Positions 19,055-29,633 of a DNA stretch of 64,000 nt are shown piece after piece. Numbering within the stretch: position 1 is the first letter of the stretch; every line of letters starts with the position of its first letter. This stretch comes from an uncultured Chlamydiae bacterium. Its GTDB lineage: Bacteria; Chlamydiota; Chlamydiia; Chlamydiales; Parachlamydiaceae. Both the position numbers and the translations under genes were made by a program. Location of the stretch: NCBI GenBank assembly GCA_963754655.1, contig CAVWGN010000001.1, forward strand, positions 960,001-1,024,000. Reading direction: 5' to 3'. The notes beneath the pieces were generated by a model. It saw only the letters and a program-made list of their open reading frames with translations. It was not told the origin of the DNA and searched no databases.

Positions 19055-19464
19055 ATGTTTATCTTATTTTAAAACAGGGGGATAAGATCCTCCTGCATTT
19101 AAGAAAAAATACAGGCTATTGTGATGGAATGTGGAGCTTAGTAGCTGGACATGTTGAAAATGGTGAACCTACTACGGCTGCATTAATACGAGAAACTGAT
19201 GAAGAAATCGGTATCAAATTATCTTCCGATCAAATCAAAGTTGTTCATGTCATGCACCGTCAGACAAACCGATTGAATGTCGATATCTTCTTTGACTGTT
19301 CCTCATGGGAAGAAATGATTAAAAATTGTGAGCCCGAAAAATGTGACAAGCTGGAGTTTTTTCCAATAGAAAATTTACCAAGGAATATTGTTAATTATAA
19401 CGTACTGGCTCTTCAAGCTATTCGAGAGGGTAAACTTTACTCGGAAGAAGGATGGCGTTTATGA
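19039..19464 (+). CDS. NUDIX hydrolase (possibly the frameshifted second domain of the upstream gene)
   Basis: GHVENGEPTTAALIRETDEEIGI; overlaps the upstream ORF just after an A run. Confidence 0.8.
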   Translation: MGTSVNVYLILKQGDKILLHLRKNTGYCDGMWSLVAGHVENGEPTTAALIRETDEEIGIKLSSDQIKVVHVMHRQTNRLNVDIFFDCSSWEEMIKNCEPEKCDKLEFFPIENLPRNIVNYNVLALQAIREGKLYSEEGWRL

Positions 19465-19600
19465 TCTTGCAAAAAGAATTTTATTTTGTTCGGCACGGAC
19501 AAACCAACCATAATATTTTGGATGGTGCAGATAAGGGCGATCATCCTGATGACATCTCATTAAATGAACTAGGTAAAAATCAGGCAAAACTCATCTTTTT
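19461..19600 (+). pseudogene. Histidine phosphatase family N-terminal fragment
   Basis: MILQKEFYFVRHGQTNHN...DISLNELGKNQAK, then similarity stops. Confidence 0.7.
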
Positions 19601-19815
19601 ATTTCTCTTCTGATCGATTAACAAATGAAGCTCTTAAGTCGCTGCTGAAAATAACAAATAAAAGTGAATCCATCGATTTAGCACACTACAGCGCTATTCC
19701 TAAAGAGGTGTTACTTAAAGCCGCATCATTCATTTTATCTAGTTTAAAAAGGATTTTAAGAGCTTGTTTTATTTTGCTGCGAATTAAAAAAATTCTCTTT
19801 TACTTCATCTTGAAA

Positions 19816-20667
19816 TTATGTGGTATAGTATTTTATAACTTCCAAAACAAATGGGGATGCTTTTGCTTCTTGAATCTCACTCATTTTTTTCCATTCATAT
19901 TTTAATAGATCCTTTGATACTTCACTTGAGAGATATAAGCCAGAAATTGAATAGATAAGTCCAATTCGATGAAATGAATAAGAATCATTGTCATTTGGAA
20001 CATCTACTCTTTCTGTTAAGTTGCAAAGAAACTTCATCGATTTAAAGTGCATAGAGACTTCCTCATGAAATTCTCGTCGTAGTGTCTCTTCAATTGTTTC
20101 CCCAAACTCGATGCGCCCGCCAGGTAAGTCAAATTTTCCTTGATGACAGCCTGATTGCTGAGTAATGAGTAAAATCTTTCCGTTTTGAATTACAACGCCA
20201 TAGGCACCGGTTCGCATAATTTGTTTGGAAGGAGGAGTTAGACTATTTATTAAACCTTTTGTGAGATAATGAAAAGTGGTATTTTTGGCATATCCTTCTC
20301 TAGAAAAATCTATGAAAAAGCCATTTTTTTGATAGAATTCAAGTGCTTGAAAGCTCATTGTCTCGACAAATGCAAATTGACAGCCTCTTTTTTTGCCAAA
20401 CTCTAATGCATATTCCATTAGCTGAGTTGCGATTCTTTGGCCTCTGTATTTCTTTTCTACAAAGAGATATTTGATATGAAGCTGCTCCCAAAATATTTGA
20501 ACAACGATAGCGCCTACAAATTTGTTCTGATCGAAAATTTCAAATGAAATAGGATCTTCACTCAAGCCATTGATGCCCGTGGCCTCAATTGCTTGCTCAC
20601 TAAAGCCTTGAAAAATTTTCTTTTTGATCTCATCGCTAAGTGGATTTTGTTTAATTTGAAAGCTCAT
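19816..20667 (-). CDS. GNAT-NUDIX fusion protein
   Basis: LFVEKKYRGQRIAT..ETMSFQALEFYQK followed by PGGRIEFGETIEETLRREFHEE. Confidence 0.85.
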   Translation of the reverse strand: MSFQIKQNPLSDEIKKKIFQGFSEQAIEATGINGLSEDPISFEIFDQNKFVGAIVVQIFWEQLHIKYLFVEKKYRGQRIATQLMEYALEFGKKRGCQFAFVETMSFQALEFYQKNGFFIDFSREGYAKNTTFHYLTKGLINSLTPPSKQIMRTGAYGVVIQNGKILLITQQSGCHQGKFDLPGGRIEFGETIEETLRREFHEEVSMHFKSMKFLCNLTERVDVPNDNDSYSFHRIGLIYSISGLYLSSEVSKDLLKYEWKKMSEIQEAKASPFVLEVIKYYTT

Positions 20668-21068
20668 AAATTTCTTTCCTACCGCAATATCATGAGGCCT
20701 TGATGGCTTTCCAAAGAGCTTGATTGTACAAATTTAAAGTATCAAGTGTTTTGCCGTCTTCTCTCAAAATATCTGCTTGTTCACGAAGCATTTTAGGAGA
20801 ATCTGCCATGTATACAACATTCAAGATTGTCAAAGTCATAGCAATTCCTATAATGCAATTTTTGATCATACTGTTAAGATTTACCTAAGGTTAGTGTTGC
20901 GATGCACAAGCGGTGCGCCGGATAGTTTGTCTTACCATTAAAATAAAATCCAATCATATTTTAGCCATAAAGGCTTGAGCAGATGTTCAAAGCGGCTAGA
21001 AAATATTAATTATATCAATTTCTTTATTTGAGCAAAAATAGCTGCTTATTTATGAGTTTCATCGCATT

Positions 21069-21647
21069 CTACACAATAGTTATACCGAATCCCTTAAGCA
21101 ATCCAACAGCTTCAGGAAGCGAAAATTTTGCTTTTTTAATTTTATTCGTTTGAGGATCAATATCATATCGCATAGCAGAGGTAAAATCTGCCATTGAAAG
21201 GTCACAATTATGAAACACAGTCCCAGATAAATCTACCTCGCCAAAATCCGCGTTATTGAGGTTGGTGTTTGTAAAGTGACATTCCTTCAGCTTACTTCCA
21301 CTAAATGAAACTTTTTTCATGTTTAGATCAGAAAAATTGCAATAATGTAATAAGCACTTTTCAAATTTTGGAGAGAAAAAAGTTTTTTCACATTTGAAAA
21401 ATTCAGCTCCTACTATTTTGCAAGCTATAAAACGCACGTCCTGAAAACGGCAACCATCAAGTTTTGGAAGACTCAAATTACAGTTAGTGAAGATACAAGC
21501 GCAAAACTGTACGTTGCGAAGAAGTGATTCAGAAAAATCACAATTATTAAAAGAACAAGAAATAAAAATCTGATTTTCCAACGATTTTTTTGAAAAATTT
21601 TGTGATTGAATTACTTGGTTTTCTAAACTTGTTGGTTGCTTTATCAT
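21069..21647 (-). CDS. Pentapeptide repeat protein (Qnr/MfpA/McbG-like)
   Basis: Continuous pentapeptide repeats (CSFNNCDFSES...ADFTSA), C-terminal IDPQTNKIKKAKFSLPEAVGLL. Confidence 0.9.
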   Translation of the reverse strand: MIKQPTSLENQVIQSQNFSKKSLENQIFISCSFNNCDFSESLLRNVQFCACIFTNCNLSLPKLDGCRFQDVRFIACKIVGAEFFKCEKTFFSPKFEKCLLHYCNFSDLNMKKVSFSGSKLKECHFTNTNLNNADFGEVDLSGTVFHNCDLSMADFTSAMRYDIDPQTNKIKKAKFSLPEAVGLLKGFGITIV

Positions 21648-21753
21648 TGACTAATCCTACTTGTGAATGATGATGTTAATTGATGCAGTAGGGAAAATCA
21701 ATAAGGATAAAGACGGGATTGAATATCAGTCAACTTGACCGCGGTTATGTATA

Positions 21754-22828
21754 GTCTTCAATCATATGAGTTTTTGCCTATTGGGTTTGCTTGAAAGTTG
21801 GGATGAGATGATTCTCATGTAGTCCTTCAGACTACATGACGAGGGCTAATCTAACCCAGGGTGATGCCCTGGGCTATTTTTATTTGAAGCCTTTCATGCT
21901 CTGAACATTGGACATCTTTTTGTTAACCGTCTCTAATATGTAACATTTAATAGGCATGGCCCTACAATTGTTATAGAAGGATGTCTTCCAAAAATATCCG
22001 ATGTTCAGAGCCTGAAAGGCTTCAAATAAAAATAGCCCAGGGCATCGCCCTGGGTTAGATTAGCCCTCGTCATGTAGTCTGAAGGACTACAAGAGAATCA
22101 TCTCATCCCAACCCAGGGCCGGGACTTAACAAAGAACTGTTTTGGGCTTGATATTCGTCCCGTCAATTTAACAACACCGCGCCTGTAATAGGCTTTAGGG
22201 GCATATTTCTCGAAAATGACGCGAAAAACATCAAGCCCAAAACAGTTCTTTGTTAAGTCCCGGCCATAGGCTAGGAACGAAATGCTTCCGGCAAACTCCA
22301 GAAGCTAAATTTGTCGCTCAAGCGGCGTTAGCCGCGCATGGATAGTAGCCGTGGGTGTAGGCGAAGCCGGAACCCACGGTGTATGGTAAAAAAAATGAAG
22401 CCACGTTAGTGGCGTAGGAAATGTGATTGTGGAGCAATGTTTATTTAAACGAATGCTACGCCACTAACGTGGCTCAAATTTGTTTTGAGGGTAACCGTGG
22501 GTTTCGGCTTCGCCTACACCCACGGCTACTATTCATGCGCGGCTAACGCCGCTTGTCGCTGAGGGAAAGGATATGGATCAAGCAACATTTCAAAAACAAA
22601 GATAAAAATTCCGATTACCTAGCCATATGCCGGGACTTAACAAAGAACTGTTTTGGGCTTGATGTTTTTCGCGTCATTTTCTGGAAATATGCCTCTAAAG
22701 TCTATTATAGGCGTGGTGTTGTTAAATTGATGCGACGAATATCAAGTCCAAAAATAGCTCTTTGTTAAGTCCCGACCCAGGGCCTGTGAAGCAGTCCCAA
22801 TAGGCAAAAACTAATGTGGTTGAGTAAC
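21754..22828. mobile_element. Nested composite element: shell B > REP-pair D > inserted E-F-E' composite
   Basis: Degenerate TA-GTcTTCAA...TTGAGTAAC-TA ends; D arms ~21797-21920 and ~21995-22112; insert 22118-22776 flanked by CCAGG/CCAGG. Confidence 0.85.
22118..22776. mobile_element. Composite E-F-E': two inverted ~147-bp MITEs flanking a REP-pair element
   Basis: E 22118-22264 and E' 22629-22776 (TIR GCCGGGACTTAACAAAGAACTGTTTTGGGCTTGAT); F 22270-22623 with GCTAGG...CCTAGC ends flanked by CATAG/CATAT. Confidence 0.85.
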
Positions 22829-23026
22829 TAGCCTATTCGTCCGAATAATTGGCGGGTAATCGTTATTTTTTATAAAGATTTTCAATTGAAAAAATTTTAG
22901 CAATCATAGCATTTGATTTAAAGGAATTTCCAGAGGAAAAGATTAACAGATACTCTATGTTTTTGGTATACTTATCTCCTCAAATAAGTTTTTTTTAACC
23001 AGCAAAGTCCGGATGAAGCTTGTTCT

Positions 23027-23608
23027 ATGAAGAAGATCCAACCGAAAAAATTTGCTCTAATCGGTCTTCCCGGAAGCGGAAAATCTACATTTGCTTCCAA
23101 ACTTGGAAAGATTTTAGGCATTCCAGTCCACCATCTAGACAGGCATATGTTCGAGTCGGATGGAAAAAAGAAAGACAAACAGGAATTCATAGAAATTCAA
23201 CAAGCCATGCTCAATGAAGAAGCTTGGGTAGTTGAAGGGTGTTCTTTTTCGAGTTTCGAAATGAGGTTTGCTAAGGCAGATGTTTTGATCTATTTCCACT
23301 TTTCTCGTCTTGTCTGTTTTTTGAGACTTTTCAAAAGATTATTCAATTACAAAAAAGAATTTGGTAGCTTGAGAGCTGTTACTTGGGAGATTTTGAAATA
23401 CACCTGGAACTTCGATAAGGAAAAAAGGGCCCGTATCGAAGAGCTTAGTCAAAAATATTCTCAGACCGAGTTTCTTATTTTCAGAAATCAAAAAGACGCC
23501 GATTCTTATCTAAAATCCTTGAGGGGAAGCTTGCTCATTGGCAATGCGCTGAATGTTACCACTTTATTCAGAGATAATCCTAAACATCTAAAAAGAATAG
23601 TAATATGA
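23027..23608 (+). CDS. FlaR/topology modulation protein-like P-loop kinase
   Basis: IGLPGSGKSTFASKLG..LGIPVHHLD, WVVEG. Confidence 0.8.
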   Translation: MKKIQPKKFALIGLPGSGKSTFASKLGKILGIPVHHLDRHMFESDGKKKDKQEFIEIQQAMLNEEAWVVEGCSFSSFEMRFAKADVLIYFHFSRLVCFLRLFKRLFNYKKEFGSLRAVTWEILKYTWNFDKEKRARIEELSQKYSQTEFLIFRNQKDADSYLKSLRGSLLIGNALNVTTLFRDNPKHLKRIVI

Positions 23609-24519
23609 CTCATCAATGGGAACCACAGCAAATCATTGAACCTCCGCTTGCTTTACAATTAATTAGAGAGCAATTTCCAGAACTTTCCTCTAAAAATATT
23701 CGCCTCTTAGGAGCTGGTTGGGATAATACAGCTTTTATTATCGATGAAGAATTGATCTTTCGATTTCCTAGAAGAGAGATCGCTCTTCCTCTTTTAGAGG
23801 CTGAATGGTGTGCGTTACCTAAATTGGCATCAAACCTTCCTGTGCCTATTCCGATTCCGAAATGGAAAGGTTCACCAACTTCCAATTTCCCTTGGCCTTT
23901 TATTGGCTATCCCTTAATTCCTGGCTTCACTGCCTGTTATGCCAATCTTCTTGAAGACGAAAGAGCTGCTCTTGCAGAACCTATTGCTAGATTCCTTGCA
24001 TTGCTTCATGCGACGCCTAAATCAGAATTTTCAGATTGCCATATTCCAGAAAATAACCAGAGCCGAATCGATGGTTCTTTATTGAAAACCAAAATAGAAA
24101 AAAACTTTGAAGAACTTTCTTTACTTGGATTGCTAGAAAATAGAAAGGAACTTGAGCTTATTGTGCAGAATTTACAACATTTTAAAGCACCTGTTAGTTC
24201 ATTCCTTGTACATGGAGATTTTTACGTAAGACATTTGCTTATTGATCAAAAACACGATCTAGTGGGAGTTATCGATTGGGGAGATATTCATTGGGGAGAT
24301 CCTGCAATCGATCTCGCTATTGCCCATAGTTTTTTACCAGTTCAAGCACATCAATCTTTCATAAAAACTTACGGAGATATATCGGAAGAAACATGGACAT
24401 TAGCTAAATTAAGAGCAATTTATAGCAATACATTACTGACGTTATTTGGTTATCATTCTAATGATCCTAGTATTATGCGTGAGGGACTTCGTTCTCTTAA
24501 AGTGATGGCTGCTGAATGA
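23605..24519 (+). CDS. APH-family phosphotransferase
   Basis: LGAGWDN, IFRFPRR, LVHGDFYVRHLL, GVIDWGD..GDPAIDLA. Confidence 0.88.
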   Translation: MTHQWEPQQIIEPPLALQLIREQFPELSSKNIRLLGAGWDNTAFIIDEELIFRFPRREIALPLLEAEWCALPKLASNLPVPIPIPKWKGSPTSNFPWPFIGYPLIPGFTACYANLLEDERAALAEPIARFLALLHATPKSEFSDCHIPENNQSRIDGSLLKTKIEKNFEELSLLGLLENRKELELIVQNLQHFKAPVSSFLVHGDFYVRHLLIDQKHDLVGVIDWGDIHWGDPAIDLAIAHSFLPVQAHQSFIKTYGDISEETWTLAKLRAIYSNTLLTLFGYHSNDPSIMREGLRSLKVMAAE

Positions 24520-24555
24520 ACTCAAATAGTTTACCTTTAAGTCGATAAATCAAAA

Positions 24556-25461
24556 ATGATCAGTCTAACTGATCTATTGTTTATCAAATCAATTTGGGAA
24601 ACGATTGATGAGGGATATATGACATATATTTATAGCTCTGAAATGCTGCAACAACTTAAAGATAGCCTAGAATTATTAAAAATGATTTTAAAATCGGATC
24701 TTTTAGGTGTTTATCTTTACGGTTCATCTCTTGTAGGTGGGTTGCAAAAATACAGCGACATGGACTTATTGGTTGTGACTAATCGTGCGATAACTTCGGA
24801 GGAGAAAAATAGATTAATTGTTCATCTCCTTCAAATTTCTGGCATTTATATGAAAAGTTCAAAATTACCTATTGAAATGACTTTTGTTGAGAAGAAAATG
24901 ATTAATCCTTGGCAATATCCTCCGCGCTTTGGTTTTCAATATGGTGAGTGGCTGCGCGAGTCTTTTGAAAACGGCATTGTTGAACCATGGCTAAATGATG
25001 AAATGCCCGATCTTGCGTTAATAGTGACTCAAGTTTTATTAAAAAGCCAAACTTTGTGGGGATTAGAACCGGAGCAGCTATTGGCACCTGTACCCTACCA
25101 GGATTTTATGAAAGCGATGCTTCATGATTTAAATAGACTTGCCACAGCTCTTGAGCATGATACTAGAAATGTTTTACTTACCTACGCGCGCATTTGGAGC
25201 ACATTGGAAACAGATGCAATAAGATCTAAGCCTGCGGCAGCGGATTGGGTAATGAAGCGTTTACCAGAAATCTATCAACCTGTGATGAAGCGCGCTAAAT
25301 CGATTTGCATGGGTGTAGAAAAAGAGCATTGGGATGATATCGAATCACTCATAAAGCCTTGTACACATTTTATGGTGAATAAAATCAATTCACAGATTTC
25401 ATTGGTAAATTTCGATAATCCAAACAAGCTAATAAAACTAGCTGAGGCAACAAATGAATAA
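24556..25461 (+). CDS. Aminoglycoside nucleotidyltransferase, ANT(3'')/ANT(9)-like (start may be 24619)
   Basis: VYLYGSSLVGGLQKYSDMDLLV, PWQYPP..FQYGEWLR, DTRNVLLTYARIW, IRSKPAAADW. Confidence 0.9.
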   Translation: MISLTDLLFIKSIWETIDEGYMTYIYSSEMLQQLKDSLELLKMILKSDLLGVYLYGSSLVGGLQKYSDMDLLVVTNRAITSEEKNRLIVHLLQISGIYMKSSKLPIEMTFVEKKMINPWQYPPRFGFQYGEWLRESFENGIVEPWLNDEMPDLALIVTQVLLKSQTLWGLEPEQLLAPVPYQDFMKAMLHDLNRLATALEHDTRNVLLTYARIWSTLETDAIRSKPAAADWVMKRLPEIYQPVMKRAKSICMGVEKEHWDDIESLIKPCTHFMVNKINSQISLVNFDNPNKLIKLAEATNE

Positions 25462-25592
25462 GGCAGTCTGAAAAGGAGAAAATTTCGAAAAGAATGGCCT
25501 TATTTTTTTGTGATTTATTAAATTGTTCTCTATAATCAATCTTCCTTTAGGAGATAAATTCCATCATGTAAATTAATGGTTAAAATAATAAT

Positions 25593-26402
25593 ATGGATAG
25601 ACAAGCTAAACCAAAATTAGATACAGCAATAGAACAATATTATTCTAAAGGAAAAGAACAAGAACGATTGAATGAACACCCTCTCGAAAGGGACCGTACC
25701 CTAATGATTTTAAAAAAAATGATGCCGAGAGCACCAGCTGTTGTGTTGGATATTGGGGGAGCGGCAGGAGCCTATGCTTTTCCTTTAACAAGTCAAGGAT
25801 ATGAAGTTCATTTGATAGACCCAGTTCCGCTCCATATTGAACAAGCATTAAACTTTGAATGCATTTCTTCAATTAAATTAGCGAGTTGTTCGATTGGAGA
25901 TGCAAGGCATATCGAAAGAGAAGATCAGTGTGCAGATGTTATTCTGCTCTTTGGGCCCTTATATCATCTCACTTCTCAAAGTGATCGTTTGAAAGTTTTA
26001 AAAGAATCTCACCGTCTTTTAAAACCAGGAGGAATCCTTTTCGCTGTTGGAATTTCCCGTTTTGCGACTTTTATGGATAGTGTTTATAAAGAAGTGTTCG
26101 GCTCTAAAAAAGAAATCATAGAGCGAGAATTAGTCACTGGTATTCATCATAAAATAGCGGAGGAATTTGATTTTGGATATTTACACACCTCTTCTGAATT
26201 AAAAAACGAAATTGAACAAAGTGGTTTTCAGGCTATCTCTATTCTCGCGATTGAAGGCCCTGTATGGCATAAAGAGTTAATGGCTAATCTTTGGGAAAAT
26301 CAAAATCAATGGAAATCCTTGCTTTCTACGATTGAAAAAATAGAAACGGAAGAATCCATCATAGGCGCTAGTGCTCATATCATGGCTGTAGCTCAAGTAT
26401 GA
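25593..26402 (+). CDS. Class I SAM-dependent methyltransferase
   Basis: VLDIGGAAGAY, LLFGPLYHL, LLKPGG. Confidence 0.88.
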   Translation: MDRQAKPKLDTAIEQYYSKGKEQERLNEHPLERDRTLMILKKMMPRAPAVVLDIGGAAGAYAFPLTSQGYEVHLIDPVPLHIEQALNFECISSIKLASCSIGDARHIEREDQCADVILLFGPLYHLTSQSDRLKVLKESHRLLKPGGILFAVGISRFATFMDSVYKEVFGSKKEIIERELVTGIHHKIAEEFDFGYLHTSSELKNEIEQSGFQAISILAIEGPVWHKELMANLWENQNQWKSLLSTIEKIETEESIIGASAHIMAVAQV

Positions 26403-26548
26403 GTTAGTAAAAAATAAATAAGCATATTATTAAATTTTTATAGAAAAAATTTCGAGCTTTTTCAAACTACATCCTTTTTTTGAAAAAGGATGCGGCACAA
26501 AATTGTTAGATGCAGCAGAACGAGAAGCCATTAAAAAAAGAAAAGTCT

Positions 26549-27128
26549 ATGACTGAAATCAAACCTGTAATAGAAACAGAACGCCTGGTTTTACGTCATT
26601 GGCAGCAAGAAGACTTAGAACAGTTTGCAGTAATGAATGCTGATCTCCATGTTATGGAGCATTTCCCTGCTATAAAGAGTTTCGAGGAAAGTCTAAAAGA
26701 ATATCACGCTATTGTAGATCATTTTAAGAAACATGGTTATGGCTGGTGGGCTGTATCTGAGAAAAAATAAAACCAAGTTTATTGGATTTATAGGCTTAAG
26801 ATATATCGATTTTCCTGCTGCATTCACTCCTACTGTGGAAGTCGCTTGGAGACTTGTGTATGAGTATTGGGGAAAAGGATATGCAACTGAAGGAGCCAAA
26901 GCCTCTTTAAAATATGGATTTGAGAGACTGAAATTACCGGAAATCATTTCTTTTACTTCTATATAGAATTTACGATCAAGAGCCGTGATGGAAAGAATTG
27001 GCATGCACCGCAGTCCAAAAGACGATTTCGATCATCCAAAATTGCAAGAAGGTCATCCATTGAGAAGGCATGTTTTTTACCGCCTTTATCGCGATGAATG
27101 GGAAAAATCTCAGGAGGTCTATGAATAA
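26549..27128 (+). pseudogene. RimJ/RimL-type GNAT, frameshift near 26765 and internal stop at 26964
   Basis: IETERLVLRHW...FIGFIGL...VEVAWRL..YWGKGYATEGA...FTSI*NLRSRAVMERIGM. Confidence 0.85.
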
Positions 27129-27633
27129 AATCTTTTTTGTTATAGGTGCTTCTGGTTCGGGAAAAACAACTGTCATTAACGCTTTAGATAAAGCGGGTCT
27201 TTCTGAATTTAAAACAGTTTATTTTGATAGTATTGGAATACCTACTTTAGAGGAAATGAGTGCGAGATACAATGGCCCTGAAGAATGGCAAAGAATAAAA
27301 ACAGTCGAATGGGTCAAAATAATAAAAGAAACGCTCATATCCCATACACATGTGATTTTAGATTGTCAGACAAGACCCCTATTCATTGAGGAAGCGTGCA
27401 TTGAAAATAAGATGATTTATGAGGCGATAGTATTTGATTGCTCTGATGAAGAAAGAACTAAACGTCTTGTTACTCGCGGACATCCAGAGCTTGCGAATGA
27501 ACAGATGATGAATTGGGCTAGATATTTAAGACAAGAGGGTCAAAAACGGGCGTATCAAATAATTGATAATACCGCTCTAACATTTGAAGAAACGCTTAGT
27601 CAATTTCTAGACTGGTTAAAGAAAAAGAAATGA
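27121..27633 (+). CDS. P-loop NTPase/nucleoside kinase-like protein
   Basis: RBS GGAGG; VIGASGSGKTT, FDSIGIP, ERTKRLVTRG. Confidence 0.75.
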   Translation: MNKIFFVIGASGSGKTTVINALDKAGLSEFKTVYFDSIGIPTLEEMSARYNGPEEWQRIKTVEWVKIIKETLISHTHVILDCQTRPLFIEEACIENKMIYEAIVFDCSDEERTKRLVTRGHPELANEQMMNWARYLRQEGQKRAYQIIDNTALTFEETLSQFLDWLKKKK

Positions 27634-27746
27634 ATGTAAATAAACAGGTTGCATGAGTTACAGGAATGATTTCAATACAAAAAGCCTTGTCTCATGGCCT
27701 AAACTCGCACTCATCTTAAGACCGAATATGAAAAAGTTGAAGGAAT

Positions 27747-28592
27747 ATGACTGTTTTTGAAAAAAATATCATCGGCATCTATGGACAAAAAGGGAAATCG
27801 TGGCTTGCCAAACTCCCAGATCTCATTTGTCAATTAGAAGTCTTATGGAATTTAACCGAACTTAAACCTGTAGCCAACCTTACTTATAATTATGTGTTGG
27901 TCGGTTTTCAAAATGAAATACCAGTTGTTTTAAAACTTAGTCTAGATTCTCAAGGTTTAGAAAGAGAGGCAAATGCTTTAGAAGCCTTTAAGGGATATGG
28001 CACTGTATTAGTTTTAAAGAAACAAAAAAACGCCCTTCTACTGCAACGAGCTTTTCCTGGATATTCCTTAAAAAATTCCAAACACAACAAAGGCAAAAAG
28101 AATATTGAGATCGCTTGTACTATTGCAGAAAGACTACATAAGGCTCCATTTCCCCAAGCAAACTTTCCTCATATAGCGGATTGGCTGACTGCATTAAACA
28201 AAGATTGGAAAATTCCAATGGAGCATTTGTTAAGAGCTAGAGAGCTAAAACGTCAGCTTTTAGAAAATCTTGTTGGTTCACCCATCTTGCTTCATGGTGA
28301 CCTTCACCAAGATAACATCTTATCCCATGCTGATGACTGGTTAGTCATCGATCCAAAAGGTGTTATTGGGTTCCCAATAAATGAGTTATGGGCATGTATT
28401 GAAGAACCAAACCATGATCTTAAATACATTTCTGAATATTTTGGGTATTCATTTGACAAGGTCGTCAAATGGTACTACGTCCATCTTGTGCTAGCCGCCT
28501 GCTGGCAAACTGAAGATAATCTTGATTCTTCACTATTTTTAAAACTAGCGAATTGCGTTTTGCCTCTTATTCAAAGTGATTTTGAAAAATAG
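27747..28592 (+). CDS. APH(6)/hydroxyurea-resistance kinase family (StrB-like)
   Basis: GKSWLAKLP, LTYNYV, LLHGDLHQDNIL...WLVIDPKGVIG. Confidence 0.88.
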   Translation: MTVFEKNIIGIYGQKGKSWLAKLPDLICQLEVLWNLTELKPVANLTYNYVLVGFQNEIPVVLKLSLDSQGLEREANALEAFKGYGTVLVLKKQKNALLLQRAFPGYSLKNSKHNKGKKNIEIACTIAERLHKAPFPQANFPHIADWLTALNKDWKIPMEHLLRARELKRQLLENLVGSPILLHGDLHQDNILSHADDWLVIDPKGVIGFPINELWACIEEPNHDLKYISEYFGYSFDKVVKWYYVHLVLAACWQTEDNLDSSLFLKLANCVLPLIQSDFEK

Positions 28593-28791
28593 GAAATTTA
28601 CAGGGAATTAGAAAGAAGCATTTAAGAGCTTTTCCCCAATAGCATGAGCCAATTGACTGCTCGCATTGATACTAGTGGATCGCTTTTCACGCTTCGGCGC
28701 ATCCTGAAAGACTAAAAAAATCTCTAAACTGATCCTTAAAGCCATTTATATAGAGTCTTATTTCGTTATGCCTACGCCAGATGACCCACTA

Positions 28792-29631
28792 GGGAGCGTA
28801 CCTAAAAGATTAACCATTGTATAATACAAGCGATCGTCAACATTCCTGCATAATTTTGAGCTTTCATTTCGTATCTTATTCCAATACGCCTAAATCGTTT
28901 TATAAACTGAAAAAAATTTTCTACCAAGCAACGCTCTCTGTAGATATGTTTATCATGTTCAATTAGTTCAGCTCTTGATACTTTGCTGGGTATGACTGCT
29001 TGACTTCCCATCTTTTCTATAAAATTTCTGATTTCATTTGAGTCGTAAGCTTTATCAGCTATAACATTTTTTGGATTTTTTCCACTGAGTAAAAGCTTCA
29101 TTTGAGTGCTCTCGTGTACTTGACCTTCTGTCAAGATAAAATCAATACAACGACCTAATCCATCTGTTACTGCATGAATTTTTGTGGTTGTTCCGGCCCT
29201 TGATTTTCCCATGGCTTCTTCGGCTTTTTTTTTATCCTACAAGCATCTTGATGCGCTTCAACAATTGAGCTGTCTACAGAGTAATTTTCTTCGTCAATTT
29301 CATCTTTTAAAGCTTGCCAAATCGTTTGCCAGATTCCAGCCTTTGTCCATCGATTAAAGCGATTATAACATGTGCTCCAAGGACCATACTTGGGTGGTAG
29401 ATCCCTCCAAGCGGCTCCTGTTCTTAAAATCCAAATAATGCCTTCTAAAATCTTACGATGAGGCCGACTTGGTCTGCCCCAATATCCTCGTTCTTTTGGC
29501 AATAAAGGTTTTATTTTTATCCATCTTTCATTAGTTAATACTATCCTACTCATTCAAATTTCCCCCTTGTTTTATCAGAGAAAATTATAAATCATAAGAG
29601 TTATTATTTTAAATCTTTTAGGTACGTTCCC
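28792..29631 (-). mobile_element. IS5-family (IS427-group-like) insertion sequence, 840 bp
   Basis: 20-bp TIRs GGGAGCGTACCTAAAAGATT / GGGAACGTACCTAAAAGATT, TA duplication in CTAG, two overlapping ORFs. Confidence 0.92.
28802..29553 (-). CDS. IS5 transposase, OrfA (29167-29553) + OrfB (28802-29212) joined by a -1 frameshift at A9 (29225-29233)
   Basis: ILRTGAAWRDLP..YGPWSTCYNRFNRW, VDSS, GKSRAG.TTKIH, ADKAYDS, YRERCLVENFF..KRFRR. Confidence 0.88.
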
Positions 29632-29633
29632 TA

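Noticed and set aside
17307..28592. Integron cassette array
   Set aside because: Genes overlap in operon fashion; no attC-like sites between them were seen and there is no intI.
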